DNA of 63,286 nucleotides, counting the filler, from Octopus bimaculoides (Eukaryota), in NCBI RefSeq assembly GCF_001194135.2. It is 8 parts of 8 records of this genome, joined end to end, with 100 filler letters (N's around TTAATTAATTAA, not from the genome) between each part and the next. Parts side by side here need not be neighbours in the genome. Positions count along the whole stretch, not along the records: positions 51,084 to 53,972 come from NC_069001.1; positions 54,073 to 57,418 come from NC_068981.1; positions 57,519 to 63,286 come from NC_068999.1; 5 more parts are not named here. One strand, written 5' to 3'. The notes under the pieces are model-generated. The model was not told where the DNA came from and ran no database searches. It saw only the letters and a program-made list of their open reading frames with translations. Positions 51,729 through 63,286 of this stretch are shown piece after piece; within the stretch, counting starts at the first letter, position 1; every line of letters starts with the position of its first letter. A program made the position numbers and the translations under genes.

Positions 51729-51915
51729 GAATCGAAACAAAGAAGAACAAACAAGAAAAAACAATAGCACGAGGATGTGGTACAAGTACTGTATTATCAG
51801 ACCCTGAGGAAAGGAAAGAAAGAGCATTTAACCTTTCGAACCAAGCTATTCGTCAGAAATAGAGGAAACTCTAAAGGAAGGGAAGACGGAGGAAGAAAAT
51901 CACCAAACGATATAT
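51729..51915 (-). mobile_element. Family P2 short repeat with degenerate HHR at 51826-51860
   Basis: Minus strand ATTT-CTGACGA-A-TAGC(TTG)GTTC-GAAA-GG-TT-AAAT; a truncated relative lies at 33740-33836. Confidence 0.55.
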
Positions 51916-52267
51916 ACAGAGAGAGAGAGGGAGGGTGGGAGAGAGAGAGAGATACAGCTTTTACATAAAGAAAATGTTGCAAATATACATGTGATCTGAT
52001 TTATAGTGCGAATAAAAGCGGAAAGGTTTAAGTATTTTTGTTTTTAGTTTTAATGCTCATAATAATTTCCCAGCAGTTTAAACGATAACGATTTGAGAAA
52101 AGAAAAACAAAAACGCCCCTGGCGAACGTGACAACTGATTTGTGTAACGTGTTTCGTTACGTATTTTAAAGAAATAATATTTAATACGCTATTGATTTCC
52201 CATCAAAACACAAACGTTTAAATAGTTAAGGAGACAATTAAAACGACGTTAGAGCTTGTAATTTACA

Positions 52268-52478
52268 AGGCGGCGAACAGGCAGAAACGTTAGCATGACG
52301 GTCGAAATGCTTAGTGGTATTGCCTTAGCCTTTTCGTTCTTAGTTAAATTTCGCCGAGGTGGACTTTGCCTTTCATCCTTTCGGGATCGATAAATTAAAT
52401 CCTAGTTGCGTACTGGGTCGATCTAATCGACTGGCTCCCGCTTCCCAAAAATTTCGGACCTCGTGACTAGAGCAGAAA
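52268..52478 (+). mobile_element. SINE family A
   Basis: AAGGCGGCGAACAGGCAGAAACGTTAGC head through GGACCTCGTGACTAGAG tail. Confidence 0.85.
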
Positions 52479-53137
52479 AGAAAGTATATTGTAGAAGGCT
52501 TCCATATGAGTGAGTGTGTGTGAGTGTATGGGTACAAGTGTGTATATTTATACATACCGGCTTGTATCTGGTGAAAACCTATGATGAAAACGAGGAGGCA
52601 TATTGTTACGAGTGAACCACTTCCTTTCATGGTGATTTCTTGACCGTCTTTGCCTGTATCAAAAATTTCACAGTGAACCAACGTTGCGGAGCTTCTTCCA
52701 ATTCGGAATGTCTCTATCTCGGTGTCTCTCTATCTCGGTGTCTCTCTATCTGGGTGCCTCTCGTCCTTTATATACACATTGACTCACGTTGTAGTTGTGT
52801 ATGTTGTGCATGCATAATATATATCGATGTGCGCATATATCTGTGCACACGTGTTTTTCATATAAAAAGAGGGACAGTAAATTATATGCATACAGAGAGA
52901 GAGAGATAAAGAATTTGCATAAACAAAATGTTGGAAATATACACGTGATTTACAAGTATTTGTTTTTAGTTTTAATGCTCATTATAATTTCTCAGCTGTT
53001 TAAACAATAACGATTTGAGAAAAAGAAAAATCAACTCCCATGAGGAACGTGACAACTTATTTGTATAACCTGTTTTGTTACATATTTTAAAGAAAAAAAC
53101 ATTCGATACGTTACTGATTAAATATTTCATGAGACAA

Positions 53138-53532
53138 CTGTTGTTGTTGCTAGCACGCCGTCGGTTACGACGTCGAGGGTTCCGGTTGATCCGATCATCA
53201 GAACATCCTGCTCGTGAAATTAACGTGCAAGTGGCTGAGCACACCACAGACACTTGTATCCTTAACGTAGTTCTCGGGAAGATTCAGCGTGACACAGAGT
53301 GTGACAAGGCTGGCCCCTTTGAAATACAGGTACAACAGAAACAGGAAGAAAGAGTGAGAGAAAGTTGTGGTGAAAGAGTACCACATGGTTCGCCACTATC
53401 CCCTGACGGAGCCTCGTCGAACTTTAGGCGTTTTCGCTCAATAAACACTCACAACGCCCGCTCAGGGAATCGAAACCGGGATCTTACGATCACGAGTCCG
53501 CTACCCTAACCACTGGGCCATTTTGCCTCCAC
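53138..53532 (-). mobile_element. SINE family C, full length with (AAC)n tail
   Basis: Minus-strand head TGGCCCAGTGGTTAGGG..GGTTTCGATTCCC (A and B boxes). Confidence 0.85.
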
Positions 53533-54072
53533 TCAGGAGACAACTATAACGATGGTAGAGCTTGAATATTACAAGGCAGAAACGTTAGCACGCCGGGCGA
53601 AATGCTTAGCGGTATTTCGTCTGCCCTTACGTTCTAAGTTCAATTTCGTCGAGGTGAACTTTGGCTTTCATCCTTTCGGGATCGATAAATTAAGTACCAG
53701 TTACATACTAAGGTTCTTTTCTCTAAAACTATATATATATATAAAATTTAATTGCATGCATTTATAAAAAAGATCTTTCCATGAATGCTTACATTTGTCA
53801 AACAAAAGAATTTATCATACGATTGTTTCCATTCCTATCATAAACAAATTGTCAAATATTATTAACAAATTGCCATTGTTAAAATTTTGTATACTTTGTT
53901 TTACATTCTCTTCGTCTCTCTCTCCCCACTCTCTCGCTCACTCTCACTCTCACTCTTTTACTATGTAGCTACNNNNNNNNNNNNNNNNNNNNNNNNNNNN
54001 NNNNNNNNNNNNNNNNTTAATTAATTAANNNNNNNNNNNNNNNNNNNNNNNNNNNNNNNNNNNNNNNNNNNN

Positions 54073-54107
<35 letters not shown>

Positions 54108-54167
54108 TACAATATATATATTATATATTATATATGTATAATGTGTAATGTACATGTATATATGTAA

Positions 54168-54219
<52 letters not shown>

Positions 54220-54844
54220 GTGTGTGTACATGGATATGTGTATGTTTATATTATATAGAATAAAATATACAAAATTTTATACATATACGTAGATTAAAAA
54301 TATATATACACGCATTACACACACCCACACACGCCCGAACACACACACACGCACGCATTCATGCATACACACATACATACATACATACATACATACATAC
54401 ATTATACGCGCACACATATGCATGCATAAATACGTGTGTGTGTTTAAAATACCGGTTTGCCATGAGTGCACACACGTTCAAACATGTCCACTCACGTACC
54501 TACATGTCCCTACGCGAAATGTGTTCCACAGTGACTATCTTCCGTTACACTCACTCATGTAGGAGAAAATACAGGAGAAATTTCATTGAAGCCGGTTTTG
54601 CCGTCAATCCCTACGAGGAATGAAAACTAATGGTTTTGAAAGAAGCTATGTAACTATTGGAACTGAATAAAATTAAGAATGGCGTTGGCAGCAAAGGTTC
54701 TGTTTATTGTCTTATAATTCTAAAACAAGGGATATATTGAGAGTTACATATGTAGCGGATGATGCTTGTGCCTGGAGGGTCATGTTATTGTAATTATTAA
54801 ACTAACAGACAGAAACGGTTCTCAAATTAATAGTCTGTTTTAAT

Positions 54845-55518
54845 AAACGTTTCGAATTTTCACGCAAGGCTAGCAATTTCGGTGAGTAGGTAAGTCGATT
54901 TCATCGAGCCCAGTGTGTAACTGGTACTTATTTCATTAACCCCGAAACTATGAAAGACAAAGTCGACCTCGGCGGAATTTAAACTCAGAACGTGAAGACG
55001 AACGAAATGTCGCTAAACATTTTGTCCGGCAAGCTAACCATTCTGCCAGCTTGCTGCCTTACTCTCATTTGTAATAATAATAATAATATTTCTCTACTTA
55101 CGTAAGTACAGGGCCAGAAACTAGGGGACTGCTTCTATATTTTATCGATGAAAGGATAAGTTTACCTCGGCGGGATTAAATACTTCTAGGAATACATGAC
55201 CACAAGGCATTTCTTCCGATGCTTCAACGTTTCTGCTAAATGATGAGAGATGATAATTTATGGAAAAATGTTGTGATGCTGCCATACATGATGATGATAA
55301 TAATGGTTTCAAATTTTTACACAAGGCCAGCAAATTCGGGGATGGGGTGTGTGGATTACTCCAGCTCCATTGATAAACTGGTACTTGTTTTATCGACCCC
55401 GAAAAGATGAAAGGCAAAGTCGACTTCGCTGGAATTTGAACTCAGAACGTAAAGACAGACGAAATGCTGCTAAGTATTTTGCCCGGCGTGCTAACGATTT
55501 TGCTAGCTCACCGCCCTC
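54845..55518 (-). mobile_element. Cluster of SINE family A copies (54845-55059, ~55100-55180, 55300-55518)
   Basis: Reverse complements of family A. Confidence 0.85.
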
Positions 55519-55555
55519 ATAATGATGATGATGATGATGATGATGGTGATGATGG

Positions 55556-55600
<45 letters not shown>

Positions 55601-56171
55601 GTTTCCGTCCGTCTTGAGTCTCAGAACTCATACGCCCGTAGCTGAACCTGGTTTCCGCGGCATAAAAGAGGCTGAAATTACCATTCTACCTACCCGTTGA
55701 ATTGGATGCCAGTCGGTTCCTAGGTCATCGTCCCCGCTATTTATTGATGGAACTCATTTACAGCTGAGTTAAGTGGAACAACGCGAAATGAAGTGTTTTG
55801 CTCAAGAACACAACGCACCACTCAGTACGAGGGCCGAAACCACGATCGTACGAGCAAAACTAGAACCACCAGGCCACACGCCTAAAGACGATCTATTTCG
55901 CTAGATGGACATGCAAAAGGATAAACTGAGAACCAGTATGTCTAACAGTTGTGTAATCTAGATAGGAAGGACAAACGTTAAATCCGAACAATAAGAATGG
56001 ACCGGACGAACAGAACCAGAAAGGAAGGCAGAAGCACAAACAATATTGGAGAAGACAAAGAGCTTCGATTACAAGCATGAAACCGGGAAATACTTGAGAA
56101 GATACGAAAGGGTATGGAATTTCGTAGGTGAAATACGGAAATCGACAGAAACTCCTGAGGTATTCCTAGCT

Positions 56172-56205
<34 letters not shown>

Positions 56206-56213
56206 TAGCCATC

Positions 56214-56277
<64 letters not shown>

Positions 56278-56399
56278 CTTTCTGGTGGATTTCAAGAATA
56301 ATGCTAGTAATAACTTGGATACAATATTTCTAAAAATTTAGCTATAATAGCGGTTTTAACAAAAATCATCACCATTTTTATCATTGCTCTTGTTGTTGT

Positions 56400-57140
<741 letters not shown>

Positions 57141-57518
57141 ACTTCATTTATCTATTTATAGTTTTATATGGTTGTTAGTATTTGTGTGATGTAGTGTATC
57201 TCTTGAGAGTGGTATGCGTGTGTGTGCCTGCATGTATAAGTCCATATGTTAGTGTGTGTGTGTGCGTATGGAGGGTTCTGCGTGAGAAATGGAGACGGTA
57301 TGTTTGGCACCCATTCCACACTGTTCTCACGTTTTGTATATATATGTATATTGTGTGTGTGTGTGTGTGTGCGTGTGCGCGTGCGTGCGTGTGTATATAT
57401 ATATATATATATATATATNNNNNNNNNNNNNNNNNNNNNNNNNNNNNNNNNNNNNNNNNNNNTTAATTAATTAANNNNNNNNNNNNNNNNNNNNNNNNNN
57501 NNNNNNNNNNNNNNNNNN

Positions 57519-57550
<32 letters not shown>

Positions 57551-58094
57551 CATGTGTATATATATATATATTTATATATACGTTATATATCATATCTATA
57601 CACATTTGTATATATATATATATATTACATGTGTATCATGTATATATGTATATATATATATATATTTATGTGTACATGTCAATGTCTGTATGCGTATGTG
57701 TTCATGTGGGCATGTGCTGAATATATATGAATGTGCGTGTATGAATGTGTTTTACTTTGACTGACTTCATAAACCTCTTAAGAGTCTATCGTGCGAGAAC
57801 TCAATGGTAAACGTAGGTAAAGTCCATTACTGAAAACTAATATATATTACAGTAAAATATGTATTGTAGTAATGGCTGCAATTATCTTTCTTAGAAAATG
57901 TATACAGAAACATATTCTCACAAAGTCACATGTCCTCAAAAATACATACCGTCTCGTTCAGGCACATACAGACATGCACCCAAACGGCTACACACACACA
58001 CTCGTGCACACTCGTATACAGACAAGCGTATATACGCATATATAAATATCTGTATATTTCTCTATCTACCTATAACGCTGCCCATCTATCTATC

Positions 58095-58125
<31 letters not shown>

Positions 58126-58130
58126 CTATA

Positions 58131-58161
<31 letters not shown>

Positions 58162-58255
58162 AGTAGATAGATATACCTACTTACCTACACAGTTACATAC
58201 TCTTCTATTTATCTGTATGTCTATCTATCGTTCTATCTCTACAGGCATAGACACA

Positions 58256-58306
<51 letters not shown>

Positions 58307-58629
58307 TCACGCACACACAAGTAAATGAAATTTAACCATGGTTTTCTGTTTGTTTTGATAATTTTCAGTTTTACATTTCTTCAAAAATTACATTTCATGC
58401 TAACTCACATGTTATGATACATCTTATATCATGATATCTCATATAGTAAAACTGTAAAATTATGAGAAATACAAAAATACAACGTAAAATCTAAAGCGTG
58501 TTGGAATTTAATTTACTTATATATTTACCTGTTGACAATCAATTGATCTTTGTTTTGTCAAATAAACACACGCACTATATATTCGTTCTTCACTTTTTTG
58601 GAACAGCTCTTATTCTTACTCATGTTCAT

Positions 58630-58675
58630 TGTCCGGAAATCTTTCGTCACACATCTGTAACCTCTTTAGTGACAC
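58630..58675 (-). ncRNA. Hammerhead copy in the left arm, core G5 mutated
   Basis: TGTCA-CTAAAGA-G-GTTACA(GATG)TGTGAC-GAAA-GATT-TC|CGGACA. Confidence 0.55.
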
Positions 58676-58758
58676 TTTCCGCCTCCATGTGTGCTCTTGC
58701 TCCACTTATTTCATTCATATGAAATAAGTGGAACAAGAATAGACACGAATACGGAAAG

Positions 58759-58803
58759 TGTCGCTGAAGAGATTACAGATGTGTGACGAAAGATTTCCGG
58801 ACA
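58759..58803 (+). ncRNA. Hammerhead copy in the right arm, core intact
   Basis: TGTCG-CTGAAGA-G-ATTACA(GATG)TGTGAC-GAAA-GATT-TC|CGGACA. Confidence 0.62.
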
Positions 58804-61040
58804 ATATACATGAGTTAGAATGAGAACAGTAATAAAGGAGTTAAGAATGAATATATAGTGCGTGTGTTCATTTGGCAAAAGGGCAAAAAATGTATCATCC
58901 CGAAATACAACGATATGTATNNNNNNNNNNNNNNNNNNNNNNNNNNNNNNNNNNNNNNNNNNNNNNNNNNNNNNNNNNNNNNNNNNNNNNNNNNNNNNNN
59001 NNNNNNNNNNNNNNNNNNNNNNNNNNNNNNNNNNNNNNNNNNNNNNNNNNNNNNNNNNNNNNNNNNNNNNNNNNNNNNNNNNNNNNNNNNNNNNNNNNNN
59101 NNNNNNNNNNNNNNNNNNNNNNNNNNNNNNNNNNNNNNNNNNNNNNNNNNNNNNNNNNNNNNNNNNNNNNNNNNNNNNNNNNNNNNNNNNNNNNNNNNNN
59201 NNNNNNNNNNNNNNNNNNNNNNNNNNNNNNNNNNNNNNNNNNNNNNNNNNNNNNNNNNNNNNNNNNNNNNNNNNNNNNNNNAGGTGAGCGTGTGAATGAA
59301 AATTCAGTTCAAACATATATATATACATATATATATATATATGTATATATATATGAAATAATTTCTCCCTCTCTCTCTCTGTCTCTCTCTCTATCTCTCT
59401 CTCTCATTGTATATATCCATATGTGTGTGTGTGCGTGTGTGGGTGTGCGTGTGTGAGTACATATAAATCGTGTTCTTTGTATCTGCAGTGCATAAGATTA
59501 AAATACTTATGAAAAGCCAAGTTTCTTCTGTCATTATATGTAGTTTCTATCTATGCAAACCCTAGACACTAAACTAATGATAAATCCTTTTCATAAGGAA
59601 TATTGGCACTGATGGAAATAATCATTTTCATCTTCCACAATTGAGCGTTAAATTTAAATACTCCATTAAGTGTATAAATTATCAGTTTCAATAATACTTG
59701 ACCCTCATCAGACAAGAAATATTTCTCTGTAATCCCCTATGAATTATTTTGTGCTTATTTTTTATGAAAAAATAATTGAATGCGTTTTACATGAAAACCT
59801 ATAATTTCAGTATCTTTATCTGCTAAACTTCAACATTATATCCATATTGTATATCAAAAGAACTTAATAATACTAGTACTATAAATCCAATATCAAGCTT
59901 TTTGTGACAAAATTCCTCTGACTTCTGATTGCAGTAATCATATAAATTACTGTGTTTATCTTTGTTACTCGGAGAAAAATTTGATACGATTGGTTTTGTC
60001 GGATTAGTACTCGAATATCATCTTAATTTTGTCAAACATGGATGACTGAAAATAAGCTTGATGTTGACTGCATTTCAATTTGGACTTTCATCAACATTCC
60101 TGTGTCGAGAAAAGTATCTATCATTCAAACACTGGTTTTTTTTCTATATTATCGCCTGAAGCCATCCCTTAAATTGAATGCCTTATGCATGTATATGGAA
60201 TTAATATTCATTCCGAGGGTATTGGGTTAACGAAATCGCTAGTGTGTCAGAAGGAGAAAACTTTTTGCGATATTTGTTACGTCTCTTTTTATATTCGCAG
60301 TTAAAATCTTATCGATATCATATTTGGCTTTCATCTTTCCGCTGTTGGTAAAATACAGCACCGGTGATGTACTATACTGCTTTAACCCAAGTTACTACTC
60401 TTAGTATTTTGGTCATATAGGTTCTTCCTCGCAACCATTTTATCCCTACTTATCCATCAAATCTCTTTTGCTGATTCTCTATGATACGTGTCTTCATGTT
60501 GGGATGTTCATCGGTGTGAGTGGCTTCCTCACATCCATTCTTTTAAATGCGTGTACAAAATATTTTGCTCTTTTATTGGCATGCAATATTCAACGCCTGA
60601 GTAAAGCGAGCGCATTTTTTAAGTGCTCTCAGAAGCTTTCACTTCTATGCGTTGTCAAAGATTTTAGCATCAAGAGTGTCTGATATTTGCATGGATATTA
60701 TATAAATTTTGTTATCCCAGCCATCGCTTTTTCTTTGTATTTTCCTTCCCCCATGTCCTACTTTTGATATTGCTTGCGCCAGTACGATGCATATTTCCCC
60801 GTTTCTTTTTTGAATTGAGGATTACATTTTCAACAAGAGAACATCTTTTAAGGCAGTAATATTTTTTTTATATATTTACTTTGCATTTTAAGTGATTTAA
60901 TATTATTATAATGCATTTAAGTATGAGCAAGCTTCATTATTTATCATCAAAAATTATATTTAAAAATATTTGTTCATGCTGATCAAATTTACTCCCTATG
61001 TTAGAAAAATATTTCAAGAGATAAATATAAATAAACATAC

Positions 61041-61119
61041 ATTATCAGCGAAGGAGCGATTGTCACTACAGAACTTGCGTATATCGACTCCGAGAAACCA
61101 AGAAGAGGGTAAAACACCA
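61041..61119 (-). other. Candidate 79-nt coding exon (GVLPSSWFLGVDIRKFCSDNRSFADN), gene unidentified
   Basis: CCAG| acceptor, AAT|GTATGT donor, open frame limited by an upstream stop, CpG-rich relative to the AT-rich flanks. Confidence 0.25.
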
Positions 61120-63286
61120 CTGGTTTATAAAGATGTATATTTATAGTGAATATGCATAATTCTCATGATATCGACTGATTTAGTTACAAAGATCATTGTT
61201 CTCGAGGGTGTATAGCCATGAATTATATTTATATGCATTATCTTTTTGGTTCATGTTTCACTTCTTCCAGATTTTTGGTTAAAAAATGTTTACCAATTTT
61301 CTCTGTCTAACCTCCATTTAAGATAAATAGCTGTAAATTAAGAAATTGTTCTTAAATATATGAACAACTTGAGAATCAGTGAAATAAACGCCTTCAGCCA
61401 AACTCCTTACTTACCACTGACTTATATAATAGCTCCCAACAAGCAAGAGTAAACGCTGCCTAATTATGTTAACAGTGTGATGAATTTCAGTTGCGGAGGA
61501 CTAACGTACACTTTCATGAGAAACGAGATATAATACTGTGATTCTATTTAACCATTTATATATCCAACATGTTAATGATGGAAAGATACAAAACAATTCT
61601 TACAGAATGCAACGTATAGCTTATATCATGTTCGTGAAATATATTTCTTGGTAAAAAGTTATAACTTTTATTAATAATAGTGTCTTTCGGAAATTTGTTT
61701 AGTTTTATCGCAATAATATAAGAAATAAAGTTCTGACGTTTAAAATTTTCATGGATGGATAACAAAATTCTGCATTAATTTCAAGGCAGTAACTTTGGTT
61801 TATTGATAGTAAAATAGGATTGAATCCTTTTATTATTTCCCATGATGCACTTGAAACATAGTAAATAGATTCTTTTTTTCTTTTAACGGTAAAATATTTT
61901 TACAAATATTAAGTGGAAGTCTAATGCATATTTTGTCAACAAATAGAATTTGCTGAAGCATAAATGCTAAACAACATTTAAATTTATGAAGATTATATAT
62001 TTATGAAGATTTGCTGTGACAAAATATGTCTAAAATACATCAAGCGTAGTACGTGTAAAAGAAATATCCAATTGCAATATAGTTGATCGAATTGTGTGTG
62101 TGCCAGCGCATATAGGCCGACAGCTATTAATATACGAATTATTGATATCACGAGATGACAGTAACCAAACATACTATACATAAGATTCGGAATTTTCGTC
62201 TCAAATGTAATTATGGACGTCAGTATATAAATATTAATGTTAGAAAGATAGAAATATATATATAGTTAAGCACATTCTATTATAGAATTTAAATATATCA
62301 ATGACGAACGCACAGATGTAATATATATTCTAAGAAAGAGTGGGGGCTAGAAGATATTTTCTCCAGTATAATACCAAACGGCAGATCAGTGCTTGATATA
62401 CTTCCAGATCAGTGACAGGTTTTCCATAAGATTGATAACTTAAATAATGCGTAGACTAGTTACTGTTTTAAATATACCATTGCTTTGGTTTTATTATCAA
62501 GAAAGAACACAAATAGGTCAAGATTAACTACAGCCGTTTCAAACGCTTTTTTATTGATGAAAACATGAAAAAGAGTTTTCTTCTGGTGAATGAAATTTTC
62601 AAATTTGTTTCAGCGGAAAAAAAAAGAACAAAGATGTAGAATGTCGATTATGGGTCATAAGACAATCAAGAAATAATTATTTAAATAGATGGCAATGTCT
62701 GTTGATTGTTTATCATCCTTAGACATATGAAATCGGAGCAAATATCGATATGTTTTCGCATCCTTCAACGGTTGACGAAATAATAGGATCAATCAGCATT
62801 CGATATCTTGCAATTTTTGCTTCGAAACTAATTTTTAATTGCATTCCTTTCTTCATGATGTAATCAAATTCTTAATTAAAAAAAACTAGTCGGAAACAGC
62901 TGTAGGTAACCTCAAACTTTCTATACATAAACGTTATATCTGGAGCCTTCCGATATCTTTGGATCTGGAATAACACTGGATCGTGAAACTGCATGCTGGT
63001 GAGCATGGCCATATAAATTCATATACATCTATATTCATATGTATGCGTTAAATGATGTGTACATGTACATATATAAATAAGTATATGAATATATCCATTT
63101 TTGCATGAATATATACGGGCATGTTTGTATATGGTATAAACACGGACAAACGGCTGTGGAACATCGCTTGGGTAATCTTAAAATAACTTGATTTAAACGA
63201 ATCGTACAAGAATTTATAAATATATGCATATATGTATATATATGTGTGTATATATATATATATATATAAATATACATATAGTTACA

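Larger units (their letters stand above)
58549..58885. repeat. ~340-bp foldback palindrome centred at 58715-58718
   Basis: CCACTTATTTCAT-TCAT-ATGAAATAAGTGG centre; arms pair out to CACACGCACTATAT/ATATAGTGCGTGTG and beyond. Confidence 0.9.

Noticed and set aside
53160-53210. Minus-strand CTGATGATCGG..CCGGAAC in the SINE C tail as an HHR
   Set aside because: GAAC instead of GAAA and no stem I
59670-59720. Minus-strand CTGATGAGGGT..ATTGAAAC as an HHR
   Set aside because: Stem II is only wobble pairs; stems I and III do not pair. It could be a very old remnant but is not supportable

Overview
Eukaryotic, very microsatellite-rich, gap-riddled genomic DNA. The SINE families and the TA/TG/TAA/TAGA repeat load look like octopus, most like an Octopus bimaculoides-type draft assembly (inference). 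Seven 100-bp gaps carry an artificial TTAATTAATTAA linker, so the window is a chain of joined contigs. No host protein-coding gene can be identified with confidence. Almost all ORF-track entries are microsatellite, SINE or N-gap artefacts, and only weak candidate minus-strand exons remain (7969-8007, 61-63 kb). Recognisable coding sequence is all transposon-derived: a decayed Penelope-like element (PLE; RT, GIY-YIG and inverted pseudo-LTR, 46.7-50.5 kb), a CR1-type LINE fragment, Dong/R4-type LINE fragments and a Tc1/mariner transposase remnant. There are also dozens of tRNA-derived SINE copies and Helitron-like ends. The main signal is RNA structure: 12 minimal type-I hammerhead ribozyme (HHR) motifs from about seven unrelated sequence contexts. 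Two of these contexts are long foldback palindromes. One is 500 bp with the HHR in the loop and the inversion starting at the cleavage site; the other is about 340 bp with an HHR on each strand. One dispersed ~230-bp family, sitting in (TA)n, carries a recurrent non-canonical core (CUGUNGA).
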